In this document: positions 39,429-49,641 of the stretch, in pieces | Position numbering within the stretch: the stretch's first letter is position 1 | Layout of the letters: every line of letters begins with the position of its first letter | Sequence record: CP054387.1 | Source of the DNA: Escherichia phage CMS-2020a | DNA length: 64,000 nucleotides | Direction: 5' to 3' (one strand) | The notes under the pieces: model-generated | The model's input: only the letters and a program-made list of their open reading frames with translations | Told to the model about the DNA's origin: nothing | The model's database searches: none | Translations under genes and position numbers: made by a program

Positions 39429-39669
39429 TGGCTGCCTCCTGCTTTTCTGCCTTCAACACCATGCGAGAACCATCATCCAGCTCCCACACTATCTCACCAC
39501 CTTCAGCCATGACCAGTTGCCACACCAATTGAGCAGCCTCATTGGTAACATCACGACCTGGATCATTGCCAACGCGCATACGTCCACCTTCAACATCGCG
39601 CATTTTTGCCAGCATGATAGTTTTTGATAGCGGTGAAAAACCAAGCTGTAGTCGTGCTGAATTACTCAC
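39415..39669 (-). CDS. hypothetical small protein
   Basis: 84-aa ORF. Confidence 0.3.
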   Translation of the reverse strand: MSNSARLQLGFSPLSKTIMLAKMRDVEGGRMRVGNDPGRDVTNEAAQLVWQLVMAEGGEIVWELDDGSRMVLKAEKQEAASERN

Positions 39670-40208
39670 TGGTTGCCTCCTTTGCGAAGCTGGGCAGCAA
39701 AGTCAACTAACCACTCAGTCATTTCAACCTTCCCTACCAGGTCTGAACCAGGGTGCATACAGCAATCACTCTGCGCCGCTTTGAAATCCTTATACTCATA
39801 TTCTTGGGCCACCAGATTTTTTGCAGCTTCTATAGCAGCATCCACCCCCTGCGCACGTACTTCAGCCAGAAAAGCATCGGTGGCTGGAGTCTCCGTTAAT
39901 TCGCTAACCCAATTATCTCCGTGTTCCTCGGCACACATCGCATCGAATGCTCGCTCAGATTCTTTCAGGGCTGCATTCTCCGCCGCTAATGCGTCTCTCT
40001 GCGCCCGCAACTTCTCAATTTCGGCAGCCATGTAGTAACCAACCATAGCGAAGACGGCAAAAGAGTTGTCTGCCTCATCAGGCGACACTGAGGCCATTAG
40101 CAGACCATCGTAATAATCGTGACTCCCATTGGTGATCGCCACCTCATAGGAGTCGTGGTTCTCACGCTTGTGAATGAGAACTACGGGGTTTTCGATTTTG
40201 TTACTCAT
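39666..40208 (-). CDS. hypothetical acidic protein
   Basis: 180-aa ORF. Confidence 0.4.
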   Translation of the reverse strand: MSNKIENPVVLIHKRENHDSYEVAITNGSHDYYDGLLMASVSPDEADNSFAVFAMVGYYMAAEIEKLRAQRDALAAENAALKESERAFDAMCAEEHGDNWVSELTETPATDAFLAEVRAQGVDAAIEAAKNLVAQEYEYKDFKAAQSDCCMHPGSDLVGKVEMTEWLVDFAAQLRKGGNQ

Positions 40209-40346
40209 GTGTTTTTCTCTTCTTTGCTGTTACATAAGCACTACCAAGTGCTGGTTTATTTTCACAAATAAGAAAATGTAGAAAACAATTTATTTAAGGC
40301 CACAACTTATGGCCTTTATTTATTCATGCCGAAGGATTTGTAGCGT

Positions 40347-40727
40347 CTAATTGCCGTATAAAATGGGGTGAGGTGCTTGCCAGTAGGCTCCACCGGTCCA
40401 TGTGAACCCCATGCGAATAAGAGTGTTTATTGCGGCTTTGGTAGACTCCGATTCGACACTGGCTTTACGAAACTCTTGAACCTCTTTCGCCAACCTGTAT
40501 GTAATTGTGCAGGGGACGATTGCAGCCCAGCCTTTCTCATGACTGTTAATGACCATCTGGATGTGACCATCCAGAATAGGTTGATTAGACATGTTATTGA
40601 AAATGTCTGCCTGTTTTTGAATGTGAAGAAAAAGCCTTGCCAGCTCCATTTGCTCACTACGAGACAAGGGATTATCAAGAGGGCTTTTTGCAAAAGCGGC
40701 TATACGCTGTGCGTCAATGCCAAACAT
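40347..40727 (-). CDS. hypothetical protein
   Basis: 126-aa ORF. Confidence 0.35.
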   Translation of the reverse strand: MFGIDAQRIAAFAKSPLDNPLSRSEQMELARLFLHIQKQADIFNNMSNQPILDGHIQMVINSHEKGWAAIVPCTITYRLAKEVQEFRKASVESESTKAAINTLIRMGFTWTGGAYWQAPHPILYGN

Positions 40728-41431
40728 CAGCGCACCTCACCATCTTTATGGCTGGAGTTAACTTCCGCCATTAAATGTCTGACGTAATCGACAAGAGAGC
40801 CACCTGGTGGAATCTGGCATTCCTCAACTAACTGGAAGTAGATATCCGCAGCATTACGTGTATTGCTACCCGCGCATATTCTTTCTTCCCGAAGTGCATG
40901 AAGCTCGTTGATCAAACGGTCACACTCTCCGTTACGCTGATCCACAACAGCCTCAAGTTCTGCGACGCGTTCACCTGGCGTCTTACCTTCTTCGCGTTGG
41001 ATGGTAACGACGAAATCGCCAATTGCAGGGACGTTGTAATCCAGCTCAAGGTAGTTTTTGGCACCGCTGCGGACGAACTCACCCGCGAACATGGTGGCGA
41101 ACATCTCAGAGGCCATTGTGCTGTTGAAAAGTGACTCCAGATCTAACGGAGTCCCGGCAGCCAGAGCCTCTTTTGCTGTATCCATTGTATCCATGAACCG
41201 ATCAAACTCATTAGCGCGCTTTTCCAGGTCTTTCCATTGCTCGCTCCAACGTTTGGCAATGAAGTCTATGAATGTTTTCGCGGATTCATCAAAATCCCCC
41301 TCAAACTTAACGATGCCTTTATCAATAATGATCTGGCCTACCGCATCCTCTGCATAACCTTTCAATGTAAACTTGAAAGGAAAATCAGAATGGCCTGTGA
41401 CGTTAAAATGCTCTAACTGGAGGTTGTTCAT
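40727..41431 (-). CDS. hypothetical protein
   Basis: 234-aa ORF. Confidence 0.4.
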   Translation of the reverse strand: MNNLQLEHFNVTGHSDFPFKFTLKGYAEDAVGQIIIDKGIVKFEGDFDESAKTFIDFIAKRWSEQWKDLEKRANEFDRFMDTMDTAKEALAAGTPLDLESLFNSTMASEMFATMFAGEFVRSGAKNYLELDYNVPAIGDFVVTIQREEGKTPGERVAELEAVVDQRNGECDRLINELHALREERICAGSNTRNAADIYFQLVEECQIPPGGSLVDYVRHLMAEVNSSHKDGEVR

Positions 41432-41492
41432 ATGTTTTTCTCTTATCGTTTAGTTATTACATTCTTACACAAATTAAGTAAGTATTTACCTA

Positions 41493-43178
41493 TCATTTAA
41501 CGCGTTTGAAAACGTATACGCTGACTGTGATCCCTGTGTCTTCAAACTCGTTGGTAAACGACTTCCCTCTGGCATAAACGTAATTATCCATCGTCATCCA
41601 GTCCAGTATTGGCGCAGTGCCCGGCAATACTGCTACAAGACGCCCGCCGACTTTCAGATGCCCCAGCGCAGCCAGCGTGTGCTCTCTATGACGACCAAGC
41701 GAGTACGGCGGGTTCATAACGATTTTGTCGAACTGATAACCTGCGTTGTCCTCAGACCACTTTATGAAGTCGCAGCAAATCGTGTTCGTATACCCTTTTC
41801 CACGCAGGATATCAGCGAAGAGAGGTGCGATTTCTATGCAGGTAACATCTTCCAGATCGGCGTTAATATAGGCCAGAAGATCCCCACGTCCGGCTTGAGG
41901 CTCCAACAGCTTCTCACCAGGCTTCAATTCAGTGGCTCTGGCAACGTACTCAGCAATCAAGCGTGGGGTAGGGTAGAACTGGTGTGATTTTGTATCCGGT
42001 ATTAAACCGGTAGCCACAATCGTATTTAGCGTATGGCCGATCTCATACGGGAACTGCCAGTGCTTTTTCTCCTGCACGCCGCCAATGAAGCTCAGTGTGC
42101 GCTCAAGCTCTTCCACCTGCGACTTCTGGAGAGCTGAATCAGAGAAGTACCATACGCCTTTGTCTTTGCTCAATCGCCCGTCACGAAGCGCAGTGCGAAC
42201 CGGCACGGAGATCGTCTTCTGGATTAACCCGAACTGCTTTGGTGCCCGTGTTTTTGGCGCAGTTCGGCATGGCGCGGGGATTGCAGCAGGCATACTGTAA
42301 GCCAGCACCTCATTCAACTTCCAGGCCACGTCAGGATGTATTTCAAAGTGAACGTTGCCGTTCTTGAACATCTTCACGCGCATCAGATTTCCATCGACGT
42401 TCATCCAGTCACCGGTCTGGCAGTCGTTTGCCCGATACGCAGCTGATAGCACCTCAGCAGTGCGGTTGATGGTAATAAATTCTTTGTGCGCGAAGAAATG
42501 AAGCAAGACACGCAGATCGTCGATGTAGTCCTCTTTGCGATAGTTCACGCTAACGCTGTCACGCCAGAAATCAGAAATGCAGTCAGCGATTATCAGACGC
42601 TCGCTGAAACCGTTTGTCTTATTTGTCTTGTGCGCAGGACTCAGCGCCTTAAACAAGCCATACACGCGCTCAGAGAGATATTTGTGCCTGTCATTCAGCA
42701 AATTAAGCATCGTTGGTATGACCGTTTCTGCTTTGAACTCCGGTACACCAACGAACTCTTTAACCTTCATCTGATAGCCGGTTCTGTCAGTTTTGATGAC
42801 TTCCTGCTTGCCCTCGATAAATAGCTCACGCCACTCGTCGCGACGGGAAGCTGGCATGATCAGCAGAACGTTAGTCATATCCGTAACCTTCCTCCAGTAC
42901 TCGGCCCAAATATTCTGTTTCACCCATTCCAGATCGACGTTATCCAGCCAGACTCGATTCAAACGTGAGCGATCTTCATCTGGTCGGTGGTTTAGTCGAA
43001 GCAGGCGATTAATCATGTTGTGGCGTTCATCGCCATAAACGAAGTCGTGTACCTGATACATGAAGGAGATCTCTTTCTCGCACTCGGCCACAATTTCGTG
43101 GATGACGTTCATTTCCTGTCGATAGTCGATAGCAGTGTTTGAGCTGGCATCGCCCATGATGGAAAGGGCTGTATTCAT
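41493..43178 (-). CDS. DNA N6-adenine methyltransferase with a large N-terminal domain of unknown function
   Basis: C-terminal half has SAM motif LLEPQAGRGD followed by catalytic VMNPPYS; about 400 N-terminal residues unassigned. Confidence 0.55.
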   Translation of the reverse strand: MNTALSIMGDASSNTAIDYRQEMNVIHEIVAECEKEISFMYQVHDFVYGDERHNMINRLLRLNHRPDEDRSRLNRVWLDNVDLEWVKQNIWAEYWRKVTDMTNVLLIMPASRRDEWRELFIEGKQEVIKTDRTGYQMKVKEFVGVPEFKAETVIPTMLNLLNDRHKYLSERVYGLFKALSPAHKTNKTNGFSERLIIADCISDFWRDSVSVNYRKEDYIDDLRVLLHFFAHKEFITINRTAEVLSAAYRANDCQTGDWMNVDGNLMRVKMFKNGNVHFEIHPDVAWKLNEVLAYSMPAAIPAPCRTAPKTRAPKQFGLIQKTISVPVRTALRDGRLSKDKGVWYFSDSALQKSQVEELERTLSFIGGVQEKKHWQFPYEIGHTLNTIVATGLIPDTKSHQFYPTPRLIAEYVARATELKPGEKLLEPQAGRGDLLAYINADLEDVTCIEIAPLFADILRGKGYTNTICCDFIKWSEDNAGYQFDKIVMNPPYSLGRHREHTLAALGHLKVGGRLVAVLPGTAPILDWMTMDNYVYARGKSFTNEFEDTGITVSVYVFKRVK

Positions 43179-43281
43179 AATTGCACCATTAAGAAATGAT
43201 TTGTTTAATGATGCAATTATTTCAAAAATAAAAAGGTGCTAAATAGAAATTAACAGGCAATACTTAAAATAAAGGCATTGA

Positions 43282-43956
43282 CTAATCATACTTGGATGTA
43301 TTTATAACCAGGACTTTATTTGTATATAGTTTTTTTACATTCCATGTAACATTACTTGAATACCATTCACCATTATATATTTGGTTTCCCGTTGCGCCTG
43401 TCATTGTTACGTATACAGGTCTGTCGTAAGGTGTTCGTCTATAGTTATATACTCCAACCATTGCAGGCATTATCGCACACGGGTATCCCATATTTATGGT
43501 AAATTGAGGATTTGTAATAGTGATAATCTCTGCATCAAGGGGCATCATCTCACCGTGATATACCATTTTACCTGCGCTATTATACATGGCAATACCATAT
43601 CCTGAATGTGGTAACACCATATCAGAAAAAGCATAAACTGTTATCGTTCCGGGGTTTCCTCCAACCTGATTCAGTCTGAGAACATTATACCCATCTCTAA
43701 ATTCATGAACGAACATCATATTCGCCTTATTACTGCTTTTTATAAAGAAAAAACATGATTTGTTCGACGGTATTGAAGTCTTAAAAACAGAACCTTTAGA
43801 CGTGGACATTGTCCCCCTATTAATCAAATTTTGCGGTGTAAATTCTGGACTCATCCACACATTACCATTTGACTGAGTAATTGACATCCCGAACATTATT
43901 GTTATCCCCAATATGTATATATATAAGATCCAAGTCCCTTGTATAAATTTGACCAA
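43282..43956 (-). CDS. hypothetical membrane/secreted protein, low-GC accessory gene
   Basis: N-terminal hydrophobic segment WILYIYILGITIMFGM; AT-rich; overlaps ORF 43902-44183 in another frame (possible frameshift). Confidence 0.3.
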   Translation of the reverse strand: MVKFIQGTWILYIYILGITIMFGMSITQSNGNVWMSPEFTPQNLINRGTMSTSKGSVFKTSIPSNKSCFFFIKSSNKANMMFVHEFRDGYNVLRLNQVGGNPGTITVYAFSDMVLPHSGYGIAMYNSAGKMVYHGEMMPLDAEIITITNPQFTINMGYPCAIMPAMVGVYNYRRTPYDRPVYVTMTGATGNQIYNGEWYSSNVTWNVKKLYTNKVLVINTSKYD

Positions 43957-44237
43957 CTTACTGTATTGCCGTTAATAGTGATAGTTGGTGTAGGTATATT
44001 TACATGGTTATCGTTATTTAAAGGCATCAATGAGCACACAGCATGTAATGATTTGCCAGGTGGTGGATTTGGGTAAGTCTTAGAGCCTGACGTGGTTGTA
44101 AATCGATCAAGAAAAAAAATAGGAGTAAGGAAGCCGGTAACGTTAACTCCCTTATTATTGTAGATCCCTGTACCGTATGCCATTTTTCATCCTTGTTTTT
44201 ATCAACATAATATGGCCGATCATGCGGCCATATCAGA

Positions 44238-44807
44238 TCAATTAGAGCTTTGAAAGGCTTTGTGTGGCTGTGTTGCGAGGTTATGTCGATGGCTTAACTC
44301 ACGCATCATGTCTTCAAGGCGACTCTTTGTGTCGTCGAGTTGGTCAGCCATTGCTCCTAAAAGCTGACGAACTACCATCGGATCGTCGCTGTTTAGTGAT
44401 GGCATTTTATAACCCGCCTGAGAAGACATCAGATTGAATGCTGACATCAACATCGTTAGAGAGGATTTAAGCCCGGCAATTTCACGATCTTTGCTGGCAA
44501 TAATCGTCTCACTTTTGTTACTGTCATGAGTTCCTTGAGTCTCGATCACCATATCCAAAGTCTCTTGCAACTTATCAGCTCTCTGTTTTTCAGCAAGATA
44601 ATGAACACCGAAATGATGTGCTAAAGCTACAACCTGAGTTGGCTCTTCAAAGGTGGACTCAAAATTAAGTGCTGTAACCACTCTCTCAAAAATGGAAACG
44701 TCTTCTATTCCTCGAAGAATGGCTAACATTTTGACAAGTTCATTAGCATCCATTTCTTCGAATAGGGCGTTTTGTTCATCAGCTATTGCTTTGCATTTCT
44801 CGCACAT
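44238..44807 (-). CDS. hypothetical protein
   Basis: 189-aa ORF; AAACAAGTTGTTTTCT motif upstream. Confidence 0.4.
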   Translation of the reverse strand: MCEKCKAIADEQNALFEEMDANELVKMLAILRGIEDVSIFERVVTALNFESTFEEPTQVVALAHHFGVHYLAEKQRADKLQETLDMVIETQGTHDSNKSETIIASKDREIAGLKSSLTMLMSAFNLMSSQAGYKMPSLNSDDPMVVRQLLGAMADQLDDTKSRLEDMMRELSHRHNLATQPHKAFQSSN

Positions 44808-45104
44808 ATGTTTTCCTTAATGCTTAAACAAGTTGTTTTCTTATTGGCTTTATTGTGATGTGGCATAAAAGGGGAGCAAGCTAAACGTAAAGGTGCAAAC
44901 TCTCTATTTCGGTCAACGAAACACAATGGCCATTTGACCCTTGTCATTAACACGTTGCTTTACGGACTAGCGGATAAGCGAAGTAGATCGCCAGACCAAT
45001 GAGGACGCCATCAGAAATGACAGACATCATCTTTCCCGTAAAATCCACCAACACCGCCATCACCAGAAGAGCAATGACGGTCACAAGCCGGAATCTCTCA
45101 AGCA

Positions 45105-45530
45105 TTAGAGATAAGCATCCAGTGACAACTGAAGCGCCTGGGCGATCTTTTTCAGCGCCTGCTCTTCTGGTTCATCAATGCCGTCTTGGTCGGCAATATC
45201 AAGGCACAGACAAAGTACATCTACTGCATCATCAGTCCCGGCCACATCCGCCAGCTCACGTAAAGCCTGGGCATTAGCACGGCGCGGTGAGGCTTCGTAT
45301 TGAGCGCGGATATTGGCGCTCATCTGGGCAATCTCACCAGCAAAAGGAGAAAATGCAGGCAGAGCTGCAATTGTTTTCTCAAGAATGGAAATTTCTTTTG
45401 CATCGCATGTACCGTTGGCATAGGAGATCATGTACCCACCCCACACGGTGGCTTCAACCGCATCACGGTTCTCCATTTTTTTGACTTCGATAACTGCTTT
45501 ACGAGTTTTCTTTTTGAAGAAACCTAACAT
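45105..45530 (-). CDS. hypothetical protein, possibly TerB-like
   Basis: 141 aa; weak TerB-like pattern; motif copy upstream. Confidence 0.3.
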   Translation of the reverse strand: MLGFFKKKTRKAVIEVKKMENRDAVEATVWGGYMISYANGTCDAKEISILEKTIAALPAFSPFAGEIAQMSANIRAQYEASPRRANAQALRELADVAGTDDAVDVLCLCLDIADQDGIDEPEEQALKKIAQALQLSLDAYL

Positions 45531-45623
45531 GTGTTTTCCTTTTGTTATTGGTCAAAACAAGTTGTTTTCTAGTTAAATAAATTGCTTACGCAAAGACGGT
45601 CAATGCATATGCACTAACAACCG

Positions 45624-45812
45624 TCAGAAATAACCAAGTACCGAACCGACTGGAAAAATAAAAATCCCAACTACACGAGCCAAGGTCATGCCAGCCTGAA
45701 ACTGGAGATCGCCAGAGCAAACAAGTTTTATAATGTTCGATACCCAACCGGCGGCCATGAGGGCAAGAATTGCCAGCCAAATTTTTCCAAAGTGATTTGA
45801 AAACCAGTTCAT
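45624..45812 (-). CDS. small membrane protein (two predicted TM helices)
   Basis: 62 aa, hydrophobic (IWLAILALMAAGWV and VVGIFIFPVGSVLGYF). Confidence 0.35.
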   Translation of the reverse strand: MNWFSNHFGKIWLAILALMAAGWVSNIIKLVCSGDLQFQAGMTLARVVGIFIFPVGSVLGYF

Positions 45813-45821
45813 ACAACCGCC

Positions 45822-46337
45822 TTAGTCACAGCATGATCCTGAGTAACTGGATGAACTTGAGGTATCGCATCCACCGTCATCCCATCCAGAGTGACAGGTC
45901 GCTCTACTGGAGTGGTGGTAATTGTCGTCGACGGAGGTGTGGTGATGGATGAATCCGGCATCAAAAGGCTCTGACCGGCTGGAACGGCTACCGTCGCCAG
46001 TGAAACTATAATGAGAACGTAGGCCATTGGTTTCAGCCTCTTTCTTTGAAAATTTTCCATTCGAACTGTCCTTGTTGTTTTTCTCCTTCACTAAAGGCCG
46101 TGCATTTTTCGCTTCGCGTGAAGAACCAGAGGCAACAATCGCCCACACGTTCGCAACAACTGACGCTTGATTATCTAAACGTTCATTCAGCAACCGAACG
46201 GTAGTCTCTAGTTCATCAAGGCGTGACATAACACGACCGCTAAATAATTCGGCCAAAATTTGACGTAAAGAACGAGGACGTTTAGTTACAGAAGTGAAAT
46301 AGGTTTGACGTGCCATGTGGACTCCATCCAGTGTCAT
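45822..46337 (-). CDS. hypothetical protein (3' portion uncertain)
   Basis: 171-aa ORF; N-terminal 90 aa look protein-like, C-terminal Ser-rich part overlaps alternative ORF 45809-46060 encoding a signal-peptide protein. Confidence 0.3.
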   Translation of the reverse strand: MTLDGVHMARQTYFTSVTKRPRSLRQILAELFSGRVMSRLDELETTVRLLNERLDNQASVVANVWAIVASGSSREAKNARPLVKEKNNKDSSNGKFSKKEAETNGLRSHYSFTGDGSRSSRSEPFDAGFIHHHTSVDDNYHHSSRATCHSGWDDGGCDTSSSSSYSGSCCD

Positions 46338-46461
46338 AAAGAGTTGCGGCTGGCAATCGCCAGCCGCCTTTCTCGTTCCATCCTGGAACTGTGTCTTACC
46401 GACACATTGTCATCCTGACGCCGATAAGATACATGATTTATAATGATAGGTAAACACTTAC

Positions 46462-47055
46462 TTACTGTTTGTTATAAACAAAACCAATATCTTTCTTGTG
46501 AGGCATATCTGCTGCTGAAAAAGCTGCGATCTTCGCGAGTCGATCACATATTTCATTTTCACGATGCCCGGCGTGACCTTTAACCCACTTCCAGCGAACA
46601 TTATGTCGACTTGCGGCCTCATCCAGACGCTTCCACAGATCAACATTCTTTACCGGTTTTTTGTCAGAAGTCATCCATCCATTGCGTTTCCACCATTTCA
46701 TCCACTGTGTCATGCCGTTTTTCAGATACTGGCTATCAGAGTGCAAAATAACGTTGCATGGATATTTCAAACGCTCCAGCCCGATAAGTGCCCCCATCAT
46801 CTCCATGCGGTTATTGGTGGTGCTATGAAAACCATCTGAGAACTCGCGTTCCTCGCCACGATACTGGAGAACGATACCGTAACCGCCCGGGCCACCCGGA
46901 TTTTTAAGGCAAGAGCCATCACTAAAGATTTTCACGGTTTTAAGCTGGGGATTGAACTCTACGACAGGCGTTGTGGGATTGGTGCGGGGAGAATTTTTGT
47001 TTTTGTCTTTTTTGCGAGTTTTTGCTTGCGGTCGGGCTGGTGTCTTCGTTGTCAT
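46462..47055 (-). CDS. ribonuclease HI
   Basis: [18 protein letters not shown] and FSDGSC...GYG motifs typical of RNase HI; start at ATG 47055 (RBS AGGAG). Confidence 0.8.
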   Translation of the reverse strand: MTTKTPARPQAKTRKKDKNKNSPRTNPTTPVVEFNPQLKTVKIFSDGSCLKNPGGPGGYGIVLQYRGEEREFSDGFHSTTNNRMEMMGALIGLERLKYPCNVILHSDSQYLKNGMTQWMKWWKRNGWMTSDKKPVKNVDLWKRLDEAASRHNVRWKWVKGHAGHRENEICDRLAKIAAFSAADMPHKKDIGFVYNKQ

Positions 47056-47636
47056 ATAAACTCCTGAATCAAGCGCCGCGCCGATTTTTCCTCGCGCGTG
47101 CGCACACGCGTGCGTGTTAATAATTATTAAAATAAACAAATTACTTCCCAGAACAGGTTTTTATAAACCTGAACTGAACGAACGAAGTGAGTGAAGTTCA
47201 CCTCGAACGAAGTGAGAGGTTGTCTTTTCAGGTAATACTCTCCCAGGGAGGTGAGTATAAAATTCCTCACCAACCTGGTCGTTTCATAACCTGAAAAGCT
47301 ATGGTCTAAGTCTACTGCCAGCTTAGACTTGGGAAGTTATGGATGACAGCACCCCAGAACCGAGATCTTCCCACACTTTATGAAGGGGAGTACTGGATTC
47401 AACCTCTCGAAACACCCCAGACTCGACAATCATAAAGTGACCCTTGTCTCCGCTCACTTTGGTTCCCCCTTCCCCGACACCTAAACGGCACCGGTTCTAC
47501 GCTGGTAGTGAGCTTTTTTAAACCTGACGCCAGTGACGCTTACCCCCACCCATCAGGTCGAGTCTCCAGTCTACGACTGGAAACTATCAGATCTTAGCAC
47601 TTACAATTCATCTTATGAATAGTTTGTACTTATCTA

Positions 47637-47891
47637 TCATTTCGATTGATTATTTTCTCGACCATGTAGTTGAACATTCAAGGCAAACACCTCGTTGATC
47701 AACTCACCTAAAAGCTGTTCAACAAGTTCGCGATGCTCCCCAAGATGCAAGCACTTAATTGCCCACTCGTACAAGTTGAAAGCCTGCTCACGATCTTTCA
47801 TCATTTCACGAGCCTGGGCCAGAAAATCGCTGTCTACGAGCGCAACGACATTAGTCGGGTATGACATGTTGGTTTCCTTAAAGTGGTTCAT
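47637..47891 (-). CDS. hypothetical small protein
   Basis: 84-aa ORF. Confidence 0.35.
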   Translation of the reverse strand: MNHFKETNMSYPTNVVALVDSDFLAQAREMMKDREQAFNLYEWAIKCLHLGEHRELVEQLLGELINEVFALNVQLHGRENNQSK

Positions 47892-47950
47892 AAAATCGAT
47901 TTTAAAGCGTCTGGGAAGGGGGGTCTAGTGGATTCTGTAGTGATGTTCAG

Positions 47951-48040
47951 GTCTGGAGTCTCTGATACAAAACAGCCTGCTTCCGTATATTAATAATTAA
48001 TATGTAGTTATTTATATATATACAGAAGCAGGCTAATTAC
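47951..48040. repeat. second copy of the large imperfect palindrome
   Basis: CAGCCTGCTTCCGTATAT ... ATATACAGAAGCAGGCTAA, one mismatch between arms. Confidence 0.5.
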
Positions 48041-48055
48041 AGACGCCAGAACAAA

Positions 48056-48649
48056 CTAAGCAGCCTTCTTTGATGGTCTTTTTTTCCTGATCACATTCGC
48101 AGGATCATACCCTCCCAGACTTTTCATGACGTCCAAAGGGATCTTGCTTATAGAGTGCCCAGCGTCCTGACAGAATCCTCGAAAAACAACGAGCATACTG
48201 CCACCGGGGTTGATGTTTACTTCTACCTGACCCAAATTGACGTCAGGCTCGACAAACGCTACGCGGCCACCAGACAGAATAATCGTCTCATTCGCATACT
48301 CTGTTGCACGCTCATACCACTTTGTATCGAGGGATTGAGGAATTAGCATCACTGTAGTAACTCCGCGAGCCTGCTCACGTATAGCAGCATCAATCCAGGG
48401 GGAGATTTTGGAGTAGGGTGGATTGAGGAAGGCAATTGTACCTGGCTGTCCCCATTCAGATTTCAAAGCATCACGCTCAATGCCTATGAAATTAGGCAGC
48501 TTTGCGTTGTCCTTGTTGCAGGCAACGTCAACATCAAATGTCACTCCAAGATAACGTTGAATGGCAGAAAACAGCCAATCAGGTGTTCTCCAGAGGTCAC
48601 GAAGAGAGTTGTCGCGCTTTCGCTGTTTGATTTTTTCGGCTGCAATCAT
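48056..48649 (-). CDS. DNA N6-adenine methyltransferase (phage Dam-type)
   Basis: 197 aa; FLNPPYSKISPW catalytic motif; architecture of small phage Dam methylases. Confidence 0.7.
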   Translation of the reverse strand: MIAAEKIKQRKRDNSLRDLWRTPDWLFSAIQRYLGVTFDVDVACNKDNAKLPNFIGIERDALKSEWGQPGTIAFLNPPYSKISPWIDAAIREQARGVTTVMLIPQSLDTKWYERATEYANETIILSGGRVAFVEPDVNLGQVEVNINPGGSMLVVFRGFCQDAGHSISKIPLDVMKSLGGYDPANVIRKKRPSKKAA

Positions 48650-48660
48650 CTTCTTTCTCG

Positions 48661-48680
48661 ATAGGTAAGTAAATACCTAT
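48661..48680. promoter_or_regulatory. palindromic motif family 2 (ATAGGTAAGTA...TACCTAT), representative copy
   Basis: ATAGGTAAGTAAATACCTAT; related copies at 8348, 10973, 14442, 19733, 27863, 41473, 46441, 58211, 62893, mostly just upstream of minus-strand gene starts. Confidence 0.5.
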
Positions 48681-48715
48681 TTTTGCATTTGATTTTATGT
48701 ATGGCAATCAAATAA

Positions 48716-48761
48716 AACGCGCCAGAAATGCGAACAAGAAGCTCTCTGGCGCGTTTTTTTG
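48716..48761. terminator. bidirectional hairpin terminator
   Basis: CGCGCCAGA...TCTGGCGCG stem with TTTTTTT on the plus side and A-run on the other side; second perfect hairpin GTGCTGGGTA/TACCCAGCAC at 48761-48792. Confidence 0.55.
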
Positions 48762-48831
48762 GTGCTGGGTATGGGTTATCTTACCCAGCACTATAAAGCT
48801 CTCTATGGGCTTTATTTTCAGTAGGGGAACG

Positions 48832-49641
48832 TCATCCAATAGTGTACTCCGCGACAAACTTCTTAACGATCGGTGATTCTTCGTTCAATGTTAGATTTCC
48901 ACCGTCTCTAACGGCAATTCCTGTAGCTGGAAATACAGCCATCATTTGCCCAGCCTGAGTTGACGCAGTGTTAAGCGGATACGGTTTTTCTGGATTGCTC
49001 ATTAAAGCAATCTTAATACTATTACTTGTAGCCTTCTTTTCTGTAAGAAGGTGTCTCATGGAAATTACCGTGTAAACACTAATATCTGGACCTCCGCTAA
49101 ACCAATTAAGAAGGTTTAATATCTTATCCTTCGCTTTGACAGGCGCGTTTTCGTAAGCGTCTAAGAAAATATCTTTTTCTAAGCCTGCTTTATTGAAAAA
49201 CGAATCATCTTTATCACTTAAAGTAAAACTAGGACCTCTTGCAGCACGAGTTTTTTTATTTGTATTGCTATCATTTGACTGTTGAACTTTTAATTCATCA
49301 TTAACCTCAACACAATCTTCAACCTCAATGATCCCCAACTGTTCTGGCTCATTTTCGGCAGCTTCACCACTTTCAGCGTTAATTACGTTTATAGGCTCAT
49401 GCGCTAACTCCAACTCATTTAAAGCAGAGCTGAAATCACCTGCTTTTTCTTCATTGAACAGTTCTTCGGCAACATCATCAGAACTCATGGCTACGCCAGC
49501 ATCGATGCCGAGAAGCAGATCGTCAATATCATCAGTATTTTCAACCTGTGCAGCTTTTTTTACTGGTTCATCAAGTGATTGCAACATGGCTGTCAGCTCA
49601 TCCAGATCATCATTTGTCATTACATTTTCAACCGAACTCAT
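48832..49641 (-). CDS. hypothetical highly acidic protein
   Basis: 269 aa with a long Asp/Glu-rich N-terminal half. Confidence 0.4.
   Translation of the reverse strand: MSSVENVMTNDDLDELTAMLQSLDEPVKKAAQVENTDDIDDLLLGIDAGVAMSSDDVAEELFNEEKAGDFSSALNELELAHEPINVINAESGEAAENEPEQLGIIEVEDCVEVNDELKVQQSNDSNTNKKTRAARGPSFTLSDKDDSFFNKAGLEKDIFLDAYENAPVKAKDKILNLLNWFSGGPDISVYTVISMRHLLTEKKATSNSIKIALMSNPEKPYPLNTASTQAGQMMAVFPATGIAVRDGGNLTLNEESPIVKKFVAEYTIG

Noticed and set aside
40427-40693. 88-aa ORF in an alternative frame
   Set aside because: Fully nested in the longer same-strand ORF 40347-40727 in a different frame; the longer one was preferred.
45809-46060. 83-aa ORF with signal-peptide-like N-terminus overlapping the 3' part of ORF 45822-46337
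   Set aside because: Cannot decide between the two overlapping frames without expression or homology data; reported the longer ORF with low confidence.
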